From an uncultured cyanobacterium (GTDB taxonomy: Bacteria > Cyanobacteriota > Cyanobacteriia > Cyanobacteriales > Nostocaceae): a stretch of 64,000 bases of DNA. The notes beneath the pieces were generated by a model, which was not told the DNA's origin, searched no databases, and saw only the letters and a program-made list of their open reading frames with translations. The position numbers were made by a program, and so were the translations under genes. The stretch is taken from the NCBI GenBank assembly GCA_963740315.1, contig CAVUDP010000002.1, positions 352,001 through 416,000 of the forward strand, written 5' to 3'. Positions 49,490-61,340 of this stretch are shown here, piece after piece; the first letter of the stretch is position 1; every line of letters begins with the position of its first letter.

Positions 49490-50167
49490 ATGAAAGCCGT
49501 AATTTTATTATCTGGAGGACTTGACTCTTCCACAGTTTTATATCAAGCATTGGCTGATGGATGTGAATGTTGCGCTATAAGCTTTGATTATCAACAAAGA
49601 CATCGAAAAGAATTGAATTCGGCACGAGAAGTAGCGAAAAAAGCTGGTGTCGTTGAACATCAAGTAATTAAATTTGACTTAAGGCAATGGGGTGGTTCGG
49701 CGCTTACAGATAATTCCATTGATTTGCCCCAAGAGCGTTCCTTAGAAGAAATGTCTCAAAATATCCCCGTTACCTATGTTCCTGCGAGAAACACGATATT
49801 TTTAAGCTTTGCCGTTTCTTATGCCGAAACTATCGCAGCAGAAAGAATTTATATTGGCGTAAATGCTTTGGATTATTCCGGATATCCCGATTGTCGTCCC
49901 GACTATATCCAAGCGATGCAGTCCGTATTTCGTTTGGGAACTAAACAAGGGCGTGAAGGAAATCCGATTAATATTGTCACCCCTTTAATAGATTTGAAAA
50001 AAACCGAAATAATTCAATTAGGTAACAAATTAGGAGTTCCTTGGGATTTAACTTGGTCTTGCTATAGCGGTGGTGATGTTGCCTGTGGTGTCTGCGATTC
50101 CTGTCGCTTACGTCTCGCCGCTTTTGCCGAATTAGGATTGACAGATCCGGTGGAGTATGGGGGATAG
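49490..50167 (+). CDS. queC: 7-cyano-7-deazaguanine synthase
   Basis: SGGLDS, TYVPARN, YPDCR, TWSCY...CG.CDSC. Confidence 0.97.
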   Translation: MKAVILLSGGLDSSTVLYQALADGCECCAISFDYQQRHRKELNSAREVAKKAGVVEHQVIKFDLRQWGGSALTDNSIDLPQERSLEEMSQNIPVTYVPARNTIFLSFAVSYAETIAAERIYIGVNALDYSGYPDCRPDYIQAMQSVFRLGTKQGREGNPINIVTPLIDLKKTEIIQLGNKLGVPWDLTWSCYSGGDVACGVCDSCRLRLAAFAELGLTDPVEYGG

Positions 50168-50327
50168 GGAGATGGGGGGATGGGGGGACAAGGGGGTGGG
50201 GAGATGGGGGGATGGGGAGATGGGGGGATGGGGAGATGGGGGGACAAGGGGAGGGTCGATTTTAATCCAAAATCTAAATCGCAGCTAACTGCTAACTGCT
50301 AACTGCTAACTGCTAACTCCTAACTCC
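50160..50327. repeat. G-rich and heptamer STRR tracts
   Basis: GGGGAGAT-type units, then (GCTAACT)n and CTCCTAA. Confidence 0.85.
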
Positions 50328-51668
50328 TCAAAGCCTTCTAATTTGAATTTGCTGTAAGCGAGGTCCTGTTACTGAGGCTACTTTAAATTCTAGATTTTGA
50401 TAGTGGAAGCTTTCGCCGATCGCGGGAATTTTTTGTAAGTGGTAAAGCGTAAAGCCTCCGAGTGTTTGATATTCTTTTGTCAGAGGTAGATTGAGTTCTA
50501 ATACTTCGTTAAGGTCTTCTAAGTTTATTTGCGCTTGAACTAGAAATGTCTGCTCGTCTAACATTTTGATCAGTAAATCATTGCTGTTTTGCGTTTCGCC
50601 AATGTCGCCAATGATTTGAGCAACTACGTCTTGGATAGTTACTAGCCCCACAGTACCGCCAAATTCATCTACTACCACGACCATAGCTAGCTTTTCTTGC
50701 TGCATCATCGGCAATAGTTCGTTTAAGGGTGTATGTTCGGGTACGAACTTTGCAGAACGCATAAAGGAATGAATCTGTGTATCTAAGCTTAGTTGTCCTA
50801 ATGCTAAAGGCTTTGTCAGGTCTTTAAAATAAACAATACCGCGAATATCGTCTAAAGATTCGCCAAATATCGGGTAGCAAGAATGACCAGTACCCGCCAT
50901 TTCTTCCAGGAAAATCTTTAAAGTTGCGTTTTTGGATAGCGCTACTATGGTGCTGCGGGGAACCATCACGGCTTGCACGGTTACTTCCCCAAATTCAAAA
51001 ATATTCTTTAACAGTTCTCGCTCTCTGGCTCTTAACCCAGTGGATTCCCTTTCTGTAGAAATAATTAGCAATAATTCTTCTGGAGTAACTGGTGGCCTCC
51101 AGCTTTTGCCAGTGTATTCGATACCGAATAACCGTAACAAGAAACGAGTTGATTGATTAAGAATCCAGATAAAGGGGCTGAAAAATCTCACAATAGCTGT
51201 AAAGGAAGGTCCCAAAAACCGGGCTAATTCTTCCGAGTAAAGCATTGCTACGGATTTGGGACACAATTCACCTAGAACTATTTGTAAGTAAGCTATTAAA
51301 AAAAACGCGAGCGGAATTGATAGGGAATGAGCAATAACAATATTCAATCCCTGGGGTACGGGTAAAGATTGTAACCATACATTAATCAGTTCAACAATCG
51401 TACTTTCTCCAATCCATCCCAGTGCCAAACTTGAAAGAGTAATGCCTAACTGGGTTGTGGATAGCAGTCTATCAATGCTACGTTGCAGTACTTCCACCGC
51501 GATCGCTTGAATATCGCCAGCTTCCACCAACTGATGAATTCGCGATCGCCGTACACTCACCATTGAAAATTCTGCGGCTACAAAAAAGGCATTGATGGCG
51601 ATAAGAAGTAAAACTGATAGCAATCTCAGTCCTAATTCCGTCCAATTTAAATTATGAAAACCATTCAC
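50328..51668 (-). CDS. HlyC/CorC (CNNM-CBS) family transporter
   Basis: NAFFVAAEFS, GELCPKS, MVPR, VVDEFGGTVGLVT..D, C-terminal CorC domain. Confidence 0.92.
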   Translation of the reverse strand: MNGFHNLNWTELGLRLLSVLLLIAINAFFVAAEFSMVSVRRSRIHQLVEAGDIQAIAVEVLQRSIDRLLSTTQLGITLSSLALGWIGESTIVELINVWLQSLPVPQGLNIVIAHSLSIPLAFFLIAYLQIVLGELCPKSVAMLYSEELARFLGPSFTAIVRFFSPFIWILNQSTRFLLRLFGIEYTGKSWRPPVTPEELLLIISTERESTGLRARERELLKNIFEFGEVTVQAVMVPRSTIVALSKNATLKIFLEEMAGTGHSCYPIFGESLDDIRGIVYFKDLTKPLALGQLSLDTQIHSFMRSAKFVPEHTPLNELLPMMQQEKLAMVVVVDEFGGTVGLVTIQDVVAQIIGDIGETQNSNDLLIKMLDEQTFLVQAQINLEDLNEVLELNLPLTKEYQTLGGFTLYHLQKIPAIGESFHYQNLEFKVASVTGPRLQQIQIRRL

Positions 51669-51791
51669 TGCCTTTTCTCATGTAGAACTGATGCCCCAGT
51701 ATCCTGGATTCTTTAATACTGAAATATTAAATCAAATATTAAATCTAAAATTCAGAACGATAAGAATTAATATTCTTAATATTCTCGCTAT

Positions 51792-52493
51792 CTACCTTTG
51801 TACAGGAATATTTGATACTTCCAACCGCAATCTCTGTGCCGGATAATCTGTAAGGGCTAAGGAAATCCCTTTGACATCATCAAGTAAAGCAGTAGGAATA
51901 CTGACGGTACCGTAATGCGATTGTCCATTGGAAGGCAATTCTGATGGTAAACCTTCTGTGGAAGCACTTAGAGTTCTTCCTTTATCATCCGTAACATCTA
52001 GGAAACTATAAAGGAAGCGTACCGAATCATCACCTTTATTATCCATTTTTACTTTTAGCAGCAAAGCACCCCCCGAATAGCGGGCTGACTGTACGGCAAG
52101 ACTTACACCCTCGCTTTCGGCTTGAACGGGAAATCCTGCTTGGAGTTTTTCTTCGGCTTCAGGTGGTTTCTGCTCTCGTTTACGCTTAGTATCTTTTTTT
52201 CCTTCTTCTAAATCATCGCTCTTTTTTGATTTAGCAGCTTTGGTTTTACCTTCAATGCGGGCTTTAACAATTTTGAGAATTTCTTCTTCTTTTACAAAGG
52301 CTACCCCTTCTTTGTCTTGACCACCACTTGCACCTTTTCTGGCAAACTTAGTAGTAGGACGAGCATCTGGTGCTGTGACTCCTTTAAGAGCAGCACTTCC
52401 CAAAGTAAATCCCCAAAAAGCGCTTACGGAACCAGCTCCTAACATTAGGGTTAACAAAATCAACGTCAGAAGTACAGTAGAATTTAGTTTCAT
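51792..52493 (-). CDS. Hypothetical protein with N-terminal TM helix
   Basis: MKLNSTVLLT...ALKGVT.PD.RP, VRFLYSFL; start taken at ATG 52493. Confidence 0.75.
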   Translation of the reverse strand: MKLNSTVLLTLILLTLMLGAGSVSAFWGFTLGSAALKGVTAPDARPTTKFARKGASGGQDKEGVAFVKEEEILKIVKARIEGKTKAAKSKKSDDLEEGKKDTKRKREQKPPEAEEKLQAGFPVQAESEGVSLAVQSARYSGGALLLKVKMDNKGDDSVRFLYSFLDVTDDKGRTLSASTEGLPSELPSNGQSHYGTVSIPTALLDDVKGISLALTDYPAQRLRLEVSNIPVQR

Positions 52494-52688
52494 TGCACAA
52501 TAAATATAGCTGTTCGGTGTATGGATAAAAGAAAGATATTGAAGTTTATGGTTCCTCAAGGCGAGCGGAGAACTTAATAAATATTAGTTTGCACTATTTT
52601 GTTGTCAAATGATGTAATATAAAATCTAGTAAACTATTTACATTTTTATTACACAAAAAGGTAAAGTCGCGCTATAATTGCTAATCAG

Positions 52689-52761
52689 CCAGGGTTGGCC
52701 GAGCGGTTGAGGCAACGAACTCATAATTCGTGTTAGGCAGGTTCAACTCCTGCACCCTGGA
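52689..52761 (+). tRNA. tRNA with CAT anticodon (probably tRNA-Ile2 with lysidine; elongator Met not excluded)
   Basis: Acceptor stem CCAGGGT/ACCCTGG, anticodon arm ACGAA-CTCATAA-TTCGT, T arm GCAGG-TTCAACT-CCTGC, discriminator A, no encoded CCA. Confidence 0.93.
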
Positions 52762-52859
52762 TTTCAATAAATATATATAATTTCATCTATTTAGTCATTA
52801 GCGCTTTTGATTAAGAACTAATGACTAATATAAGTTAAGTATAGATATAGCGATCGCTT

Positions 52860-53291
52860 TTATCTAGGTGGTAAGCTATCAAAGCGGAATTCAGTTCCAA
52901 CTTGCAATTGTTCTGCTCTCATGCGAGGAGAACCTAACAACGAGGTGTTATAGGGGTTTGGTAAATCTGGAGTGCGGATATATGGATCGTTAGTTGTCTG
53001 CTGTTTGAGTACATCTTGATAAAGAATGTTAACTAGCTTAGCATCTCGTTCAATTTCGTGTTCTGGAAAAGAATTCTTAAACAAAGAACCAGATCCCAAT
53101 ATCCAATCTATTTCCCTAAATAAACCGTCGTTGTTGTAAAAGTCAGGATAGTTCTCGTAAAAAGCTTTTTCAAATACTTGATTTGGCGTTTGATAACCGG
53201 ATGTTTCTGTTTGTGCTGCTGCAATAGTTGGGGAACCGATGGTAGCAGCAAGTACTAGTAAACCGCTAATGGTTTTCAAGTTCAAGGGCAT
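52860..53291 (-). CDS. Exported hypothetical protein
   Basis: Signal peptide ending AAA-Q; FPE.EI.RD, DP.IRT.DL.NPY..SL. Confidence 0.75.
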   Translation of the reverse strand: MPLNLKTISGLLVLAATIGSPTIAAAQTETSGYQTPNQVFEKAFYENYPDFYNNDGLFREIDWILGSGSLFKNSFPEHEIERDAKLVNILYQDVLKQQTTNDPYIRTPDLPNPYNTSLLGSPRMRAEQLQVGTEFRFDSLPPR

Positions 53292-53394
53292 ATTAACAAC
53301 TCAATAATTTTGGTGCGAATTTTGACTTATGCTAAATGTCAGAACTTGCATAAGTTCGACAAGTCCTGTGTAACATAAATTTTAATGATTTGTA

Positions 53395-54015
53395 ATGGTT
53401 TATCCCACTGAAAGCTCTACCCAAAAAGATTTATGGGCTACTGATACCGATGTGAATCTTATAAAACAACGTCTATTAGATTTATTTTGTCAGATGGCTT
53501 ATCAGGAAGGGGATTTTGTTCTTTCTTCTGGAGCGCTTAGTTCTTATTACATCAATGGTAAAGAGGTAACGCTCCATCCCCAAGGTGCTTTAGCAATTGG
53601 TCGCATTCTCTTAAATATGCTTCCCTCAGATACTCAAGCCGTAGCGGGTTTAACTTTGGGGGCTGACCCCATCGTTAGTGCTGTGAGCGTAGTGTCGGCA
53701 TTAGAAAATAGACCTATACCGGCTTTGATTGTTCGTAAAGAAGCCAAAGGTCACGGAACGAAAGCTTATATAGAAGGTCCGAGTTTACCAATATCTGCTA
53801 AGGTTATAGTTTTGGAAGACGTTGTTACTACCGGGCGATCGGCAATGAAAGCTGTTACCAGACTTAGAGATGCTGGTTATACAGTGAACAAAATAATTTC
53901 ACTAGTAGATAGAGAGCAAGGTGGAGCGGAATATTATAAGTCAGTAGATTTACAGTTTGAATCTGTGTTTTCAATTACCGATATTCAAAAGCGATATCAG
54001 CAGATTTCTAATTGA
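53395..54015 (+). CDS. pyrE: Orotate phosphoribosyltransferase
   Basis: GDFVLSSG, RKEAKGHG, PRPP motif VLEDVVTTG. Confidence 0.95.
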   Translation: MVYPTESSTQKDLWATDTDVNLIKQRLLDLFCQMAYQEGDFVLSSGALSSYYINGKEVTLHPQGALAIGRILLNMLPSDTQAVAGLTLGADPIVSAVSVVSALENRPIPALIVRKEAKGHGTKAYIEGPSLPISAKVIVLEDVVTTGRSAMKAVTRLRDAGYTVNKIISLVDREQGGAEYYKSVDLQFESVFSITDIQKRYQQISN

Positions 54016-54027
54016 TGTTTGTATTTT

Positions 54028-54155
54028 GTTCGTAGTAGGGACTTTAGTCCTCCTTATTTTAGGAGCTAAAGCTCTGACTACAAACTTAATAAGTTGGCTA
54101 AATTGGACGGATTATAACAAGGTTCGTAGTAGGGACTTCAGTCCTTCTTATTTTA
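54028..54155. repeat. GTAG-type REP-like doublet plus a partial copy
   Basis: GTTCGTAGTAGGGACTTTAGTCC...GACTACAAAC; second GTTCGTAGTAGGGACTTCAGTCC at 54122. Confidence 0.75.
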
Positions 54156-54254
54156 GGTATTTTTAGGTACAAAAGTTCTATGAAACAATTGATTCGTTAG
54201 TACGCAGAATTAAGAAGACGTAGCAGTGCTACGTCTCTACATTATTGCGACAAA

Positions 54255-55738
<1,484 letters not shown>

Positions 55739-55787
55739 TTGAAAATTATGCTATCACTTTTTTTACTAATAGAGATAAATACCTTAA

Positions 55788-55860
55788 CAATTATCAATTA
55801 TCAATTATCAATGCTTAACTTCTAACTCCTAACTCCTAACTCCTAACTCCTAACTCTTAA
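55788..55860. repeat. STRR tracts (ATTATCA)n and (CTCCTAA)n
   Basis: Heptamer tandem repeats. Confidence 0.85.
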
Positions 55861-55862
55861 CC

Positions 55863-56447
55863 ATGCCCAAAAAATATCGCTACATTATTTTTTATAAACC
55901 TTATGGTGTTCTGAGCCAGTTTTCTAAAGATACGCCAGAGCAAAGTACTCTTCAAGACTATATTTCTGTTCCGGATGTGTATCCCGTGGGACGTTTAGAT
56001 GCTGATAGTGAAGGGTTATTACTGTTAACAAACCACGGACAATTACAAAATCGGCTTTGTCATCCTCAGTTTGGGCATCGTCGCATTTACTGGGTGCAGG
56101 TGGAACGAATTCCGGATGCTGCTGCTTTAAATAAGTTGGAACAAGGTGTAGTAATCAAAAATTACCTCACTCAACCGGCAAAGGTAAAACTATTATCGGA
56201 ACAACCCCACTTAAGCGATCGCATTCCGCCGATCAGATTTCGCAAAAATGTACCTACGGCTTGGCTGGAAATGACTTTGACTGAAGGAAAAAATCGCCAA
56301 GTTCGCCGGATGACTGCATCTGTGGGATTTCCTACTTTACGATTGGTGCGAATACAAATAGCTCATTTGAAATTAGATACTTTACAGATCGGACAATGGC
56401 GAGATTTAACTTCAGATGAAGTTGAATTGTTATATAAAAGGGGTTAA
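55863..56447 (+). CDS. RsuA/RluE-family pseudouridine synthase
   Basis: FYKPYGV, VGRLDADSEGLLLLT, EGKNRQVRRM, PTLRLVR. Confidence 0.92.
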   Translation: MPKKYRYIIFYKPYGVLSQFSKDTPEQSTLQDYISVPDVYPVGRLDADSEGLLLLTNHGQLQNRLCHPQFGHRRIYWVQVERIPDAAALNKLEQGVVIKNYLTQPAKVKLLSEQPHLSDRIPPIRFRKNVPTAWLEMTLTEGKNRQVRRMTASVGFPTLRLVRIQIAHLKLDTLQIGQWRDLTSDEVELLYKRG

Positions 56448-56688
56448 CTACCATCACCCCTTACAGTCAATATTTGATTAAAATTCGTAATAAGTAAGTT
56501 AATTACTAAAAAAAATTATTTGCTCGGACTAAGGTATTAGATATACCACGCAAGAATAGAATCACTTTGTGATTTATTTTACACTTTATTTGATAAAAGT
56601 AATTTGTCAAATTTCTGCATAAAAGCTGTACAATATTCTTTTTTTATTCTTAATTAAATTATCGTCAACGCTAGGGTGCATTATTCTT

Positions 56689-58353
56689 ATGAGCCTAAAT
56701 CAGTCAGTTAACTGGTGTGAAAACCGAAAACAAATTGTATCTGCAAAATCTGCAAGCTTGGAATTTGTGCCTGAAATAACCTCGGATCTGGAAATTTATA
56801 CTGCGGATTTACGTCATATTCAAGAAGAACTCGATCGGTATCGTACTTTGTATGACCATAATCCCGGCATATATTTCCAAATAGATACGAATGGGATAAT
56901 TTTATCTGTAAATCAATGTGGTGCAAAGTCTTTAGGTTATGCACCTCGCGATTTAAGTCAAAAATTAATTTTCGATCTATTTGCTAGTTTTGAGTGCGAA
57001 AGACTATCTGATGTACTAGCAGGGTTGTTAAAAAATTCGTCAGAAGAAGTTCAAGATTGGGAGTTTCGTTTAAATTGCCCGGATAGTAAAATTAAATGGG
57101 TCAAAGTCAAAGCGCGAATGGCGTTTGATGCCAAGCAAAACCCAGCGATTTTGATGGTTTGTGAAGATATTACTGCTTATATTGCTCAAATTTCAAATCA
57201 AAATAAACAAAGTTTCCGTCAATTAGCCGATCGCGCACCAGTTATGTTATGGATGACGGATGAAAAGGGACTTCGTGACTTTTTCAACCGTTCTTGGTTA
57301 ACAGTTACCGGACGTAAAATTGAGCAAGAATTGGGCTTGGGATGGTTAAATAATGTACATTCTGAAGATAAAAATTTATATTTAGAAACCTACTATCGAG
57401 CATTTGATAAACAAGAAAAATTTCAAATACATTACCGCTTAAAACGTGCTGACGGTGAGTATCGCTGGATTTCCGATACCGGCGTTCCTCAGCTTGCATC
57501 CGATGGTAGTAAGATTGGCTATATCGGTTGCTGTATTGATATTACTGAGTGTAAAAAAGCGGGAATAGCAATTATAGAGAGCCAAGAAGCAGCAAAAGTT
57601 CGATCGGAAGAAATAGAATCTCTCAACCGTCTTAAAGATGAATTTTTAAGTACGGTATCCCATGAATTACGCACGCCGTTAACTAACATGAAAATGGCGA
57701 TTCAAATGATGGGAATTGGACTTGAAAAGCAAAAGACTAGGGAGACATCTGAGCCAGCAAATAATTTGCAAAATAATCACAAAATATCTCGTTATTTCCA
57801 AATTTTAAATAATGAATGCGAACGAGAAATTAGCTTGATTAATAACTTTCTCGATTTGCAGCGACTCGATACTAGTACAAAACCATTAGTGTTGGAAAAA
57901 ATTGAAGTCCCCCAATGGCTGGAGCGAGTAGTCGAGCTATATAATGCACGCAATCGTAAGTGCTGTCGGCAAAAAATAAAGCTGGCGATAGAACCGAATT
58001 TACCAGCGATGGTTTGCGATCCGTTCAGTTTAGAGCGTATTTTAGTCGAGTTGCTGACTAATGCTTGTAAATTTAGTCCAACTAATGAAGAAATAATTGT
58101 TAAAGCTGGGATTGTATTTGATAATATTCAGTTTCAAGTAATAAATACTGGAGTAGAAATACCAACTGATGAATTACCGCGTATTTTTGATAAGTTTTAT
58201 CGAATTCCCAGTAACGATCCTTGGAAGCAAGGAGGTACGGGTTTAGGATTAGCATTAGTGCAAAAACTTACAAAACATTTGGGAGGCGCGATCGACGTTG
58301 AAAGCGGTTCTAATATCACTTGTTTTTCCGTTGAATTACCACTTGAGGGATAA
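56689..58353 (+). CDS. PAS-PAS sensor histidine kinase
   Basis: Two PAS/PAC domains, H-box SHELRTPL, NACKF, GGTGLGL. Confidence 0.92.
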   Translation: MSLNQSVNWCENRKQIVSAKSASLEFVPEITSDLEIYTADLRHIQEELDRYRTLYDHNPGIYFQIDTNGIILSVNQCGAKSLGYAPRDLSQKLIFDLFASFECERLSDVLAGLLKNSSEEVQDWEFRLNCPDSKIKWVKVKARMAFDAKQNPAILMVCEDITAYIAQISNQNKQSFRQLADRAPVMLWMTDEKGLRDFFNRSWLTVTGRKIEQELGLGWLNNVHSEDKNLYLETYYRAFDKQEKFQIHYRLKRADGEYRWISDTGVPQLASDGSKIGYIGCCIDITECKKAGIAIIESQEAAKVRSEEIESLNRLKDEFLSTVSHELRTPLTNMKMAIQMMGIGLEKQKTRETSEPANNLQNNHKISRYFQILNNECEREISLINNFLDLQRLDTSTKPLVLEKIEVPQWLERVVELYNARNRKCCRQKIKLAIEPNLPAMVCDPFSLERILVELLTNACKFSPTNEEIIVKAGIVFDNIQFQVINTGVEIPTDELPRIFDKFYRIPSNDPWKQGGTGLGLALVQKLTKHLGGAIDVESGSNITCFSVELPLEG

Positions 58354-58698
58354 TTGCTCGCAATTGGCATTCTAATGAAGCGAGGGTGATTCGTATAATT
58401 TTGTTCCCTATTTCCCTACAACGGCAAAATAAACTGGATATAAGAACCATGATTATTTATGGTGTAAATAATAATTGCGATCGCATCTTTTTGTCTGCTG
58501 CCCTATAGTTTTTTGTTGATTAATTTGTCAATATCGAAAATTTTTAGTTAATATACGTCACAATTAAAACAGTCACATATCTTTTCTGGTATAAGCATAA
58601 ATATTTTATTTGCTCTGCTTGCAACAGAGGCTACACTATCAGTAATAACCAATGAGCGTGGCTAGCACCAGTCAACGGGAATTAAGGACGCGGATATA

Positions 58699-60651
58699 AT
58701 GCTGATTTGCCCTCAGTGCAATTTTGAAAACCCTAATAGCAACAAGTTTTGTCAAAGCTGCGGCGCATCCTTAACCGAAAAGGAATGTCAACAGTGTGGT
58801 GTCTTTCTGCCTCTGGATGCAACACAGTGTCATAGCTGCGATACGATTTGTTCGGAGATTTGGTTAGCAATTGTGACTAAAGAAGCTAGTTTGGCAGTTG
58901 TTGCGGTAGATGATGGTGAGGAAAAGGCAGAAGATAAAGATAATTCTCAAGATATTCCTCAAGATACTCAAGAAACCAATTTATTTGCAGCAGGTGCCCC
59001 AATAGATTCACAAGGGCGCTATAAAATGCTCGAACCGCTACCAACTTTTTTTGAAGCTGTTAACACTGAAGCCTGCGTGAAAGTTATCGATTGCCAACCT
59101 TTTCAAGTGTCGCCAATAGATGCGATGTTGGCACCGCAATTTTCGGAGTCGGTAAATATTTCGGAAAAAGAACTGGAGATTCCCAGTCTTGCTAAAACTT
59201 ATATCGCCCTACAAGGTGAGTGCAACCTGGGAATTCCGCCAATTCACGATGCATGGCAACTGGAAAATATGCAGGTGATTCTGCTTGAAGACCGTTCGGA
59301 TTGGTTCTATTTATCAGAACTATGGCAGGATGATAGAACTACATCGTTGCAGATTATACATTATTTCTATCAAATGACTCAATTATGGGATTTGCTCGAA
59401 CCCTACAATTGTCGTCAAAGCGTTTTAAATTTAAATAATTTACGAGTTGATGAAGACCAGTCTCTGGCTTTACAACGTTTGTACGTAGATGTACGCAAAG
59501 AGTCTGAATCTCCCGAAGAAGATATACCTACAATTAAAGCTTTAGGAAAAGTTTGGCAAGCATTATTTAGAGAGTCCCAACGTACTCAATTCGGTTCCTT
59601 ATTAGAACTTTTGGGGAATTTAGAATCCGGTGAAATTCCAACATCAACAGAATTGCGATCGCGCTTGCAGTTAATTTCTACAGAGTTGGAAGGTGAGCCG
59701 AACGAAAACGAAGATGATTTGACTGTTGCCGTCGAGAAGGATTCAAGTCCCACAATTTTACAGTTAGATGAATTGGAGCAAAGTCCGACTAAAGTTGACG
59801 ATACGCCGACGGTAGTTTTGCCGATGCAGTTGGCTAGCGTAGAAAACGCAGGGCTTACCGATGTCGGGAAACAGCGCGACCATAATGAAGACTATTTTGG
59901 CATTGAAACAAATATTCAGAAAGTCGAATTGCCCAAAAGTAAAATTGCAGGGGCGCGGGGCTTGTATGTACTTTGCGATGGAATGGGCGGGCACGCAGGT
60001 GGTGAAGTAGCCAGCGAGTTGGCGGTAAGCACTCTGCGGCAATACTTCCAAAAACATTGGACTGACGGACTACCCAGCGAAGAAGTGATCCGCGAAGGAG
60101 TTTTTCAAGCAAACAAAGCGATTTACGACATCAATCAGCAAGATGCTCGTTCCGGCGTGGGTCGCATGGGTACCACTTTGGTGGTAGTTTTGATACAGGA
60201 TACTCGTGTCGCAGTGGCTCATGTAGGGGATAGCCGTCTTTATCGCGTGACTCGTAAAGGAGGTTTAGAACAAATTACCGTAGATCATGAAGTCGGTCAA
60301 AGAGAAATTTCTCGTGGAGTTGAGCCGAATATAGCTTATTCTCGTCCGGATGCTTATCAGCTAACGCAAGCTTTAGGACCTAGAGATAATAATTTTATTG
60401 CTCCAGAGGTACAGTTTTTAGAGATAAATGAAGATTCGCTATTTGTTCTAACTTCGGACGGTTTATCAGATAATGATTTATTAGAGAAAAACTGGCAAAC
60501 CAATTTAGTTAATTTAATTAGTGGAGAAGCCAACTTAGAAAAGGGCGTAAGAGATTTAATTGATTTAGCAAACCAATACAACGGTCATGACAATATTACC
60601 GCCATACTTATCCGAGCAAAAGTTCGTCCAAATTTGGAAAGTCAAATGTAA
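58699..60651 (+). CDS. PP2C-family Ser/Thr phosphatase with N-terminal zinc ribbons
   Basis: CPQC..CQSC..CQQC..CHSC, TDVG..RDHNED, CDGMGG, MGTT, HVGDSR, SDGL, GHDNIT. Confidence 0.92.
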   Translation: MLICPQCNFENPNSNKFCQSCGASLTEKECQQCGVFLPLDATQCHSCDTICSEIWLAIVTKEASLAVVAVDDGEEKAEDKDNSQDIPQDTQETNLFAAGAPIDSQGRYKMLEPLPTFFEAVNTEACVKVIDCQPFQVSPIDAMLAPQFSESVNISEKELEIPSLAKTYIALQGECNLGIPPIHDAWQLENMQVILLEDRSDWFYLSELWQDDRTTSLQIIHYFYQMTQLWDLLEPYNCRQSVLNLNNLRVDEDQSLALQRLYVDVRKESESPEEDIPTIKALGKVWQALFRESQRTQFGSLLELLGNLESGEIPTSTELRSRLQLISTELEGEPNENEDDLTVAVEKDSSPTILQLDELEQSPTKVDDTPTVVLPMQLASVENAGLTDVGKQRDHNEDYFGIETNIQKVELPKSKIAGARGLYVLCDGMGGHAGGEVASELAVSTLRQYFQKHWTDGLPSEEVIREGVFQANKAIYDINQQDARSGVGRMGTTLVVVLIQDTRVAVAHVGDSRLYRVTRKGGLEQITVDHEVGQREISRGVEPNIAYSRPDAYQLTQALGPRDNNFIAPEVQFLEINEDSLFVLTSDGLSDNDLLEKNWQTNLVNLISGEANLEKGVRDLIDLANQYNGHDNITAILIRAKVRPNLESQM

Positions 60652-60709
60652 GATGTGTCATTTAGGAATTAGCTGTTATTAAAGGTAATGAGCGAAGATG
60701 CGAACATTA

Positions 60710-60975
60710 GTAGTCGATTGCATTAATTTTGACAGGTTCGTAGTAAGGGCTTTAGCCCTTTTCATTAATTCCGACAGGTTCGTAGTAAGGGCATTGGTTC
60801 CCCTCCGAATTCGGTAATATGAGCGCCCAAGAGCAACTATGAACCTTTGTTACCCATCAAAACAAATGAAAAAGACCAGTAGTTGATTGCATTAATTCCG
60901 ACGGGTTCTACGTGCCGACTTTAATCCCAAATCCGGAGCGAGTACAGCGCTTACTACGAACCTTGTTACCCATCA
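60710..60975. repeat. Cluster of GTAG-type REP-like units
   Basis: Three starts ATTAATT..GAC.GGTTC, GTAGTAAGGGCTTTAGCCCTT, and returning ACTA(C/T)GAACC..GTTACCCATCA. Confidence 0.8.
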
Positions 60976-61340
60976 TATTTAATGTGGCTCCGTAATAGCA
61001 GGAATCTGCCTTCGCTAATGGTTTGTTTATCCCCGAAATGTGGAGAGGCAAGGGTAATGCAAGTAAGGGCACGCTGCGATCGCATATGAAACGTCTCTAC
61101 AAATTCATGAAACTAATTCATAATAAAATAATCACAGGAGATGCTTTAATGTCTTGACAAACACATAAATCAACAGTTTTTTGCATAATTATCCCTAAAT
61201 TACATAAAAATTCAGTTTAATTAAGTAAATAAAGTACTAGATAGCCGAATATTAGATAAGTATGCGGATCTGGATTTAAACACTGTCATACTTGATAATT
61301 CATCCTTGATAATCTTGAAAATTTATATTTCCTAAGCATT

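Noticed and set aside
52689..52860. Island integrated at the tRNA
   Set aside because: No integrase and no duplicate of the tRNA 3' end seen in the window
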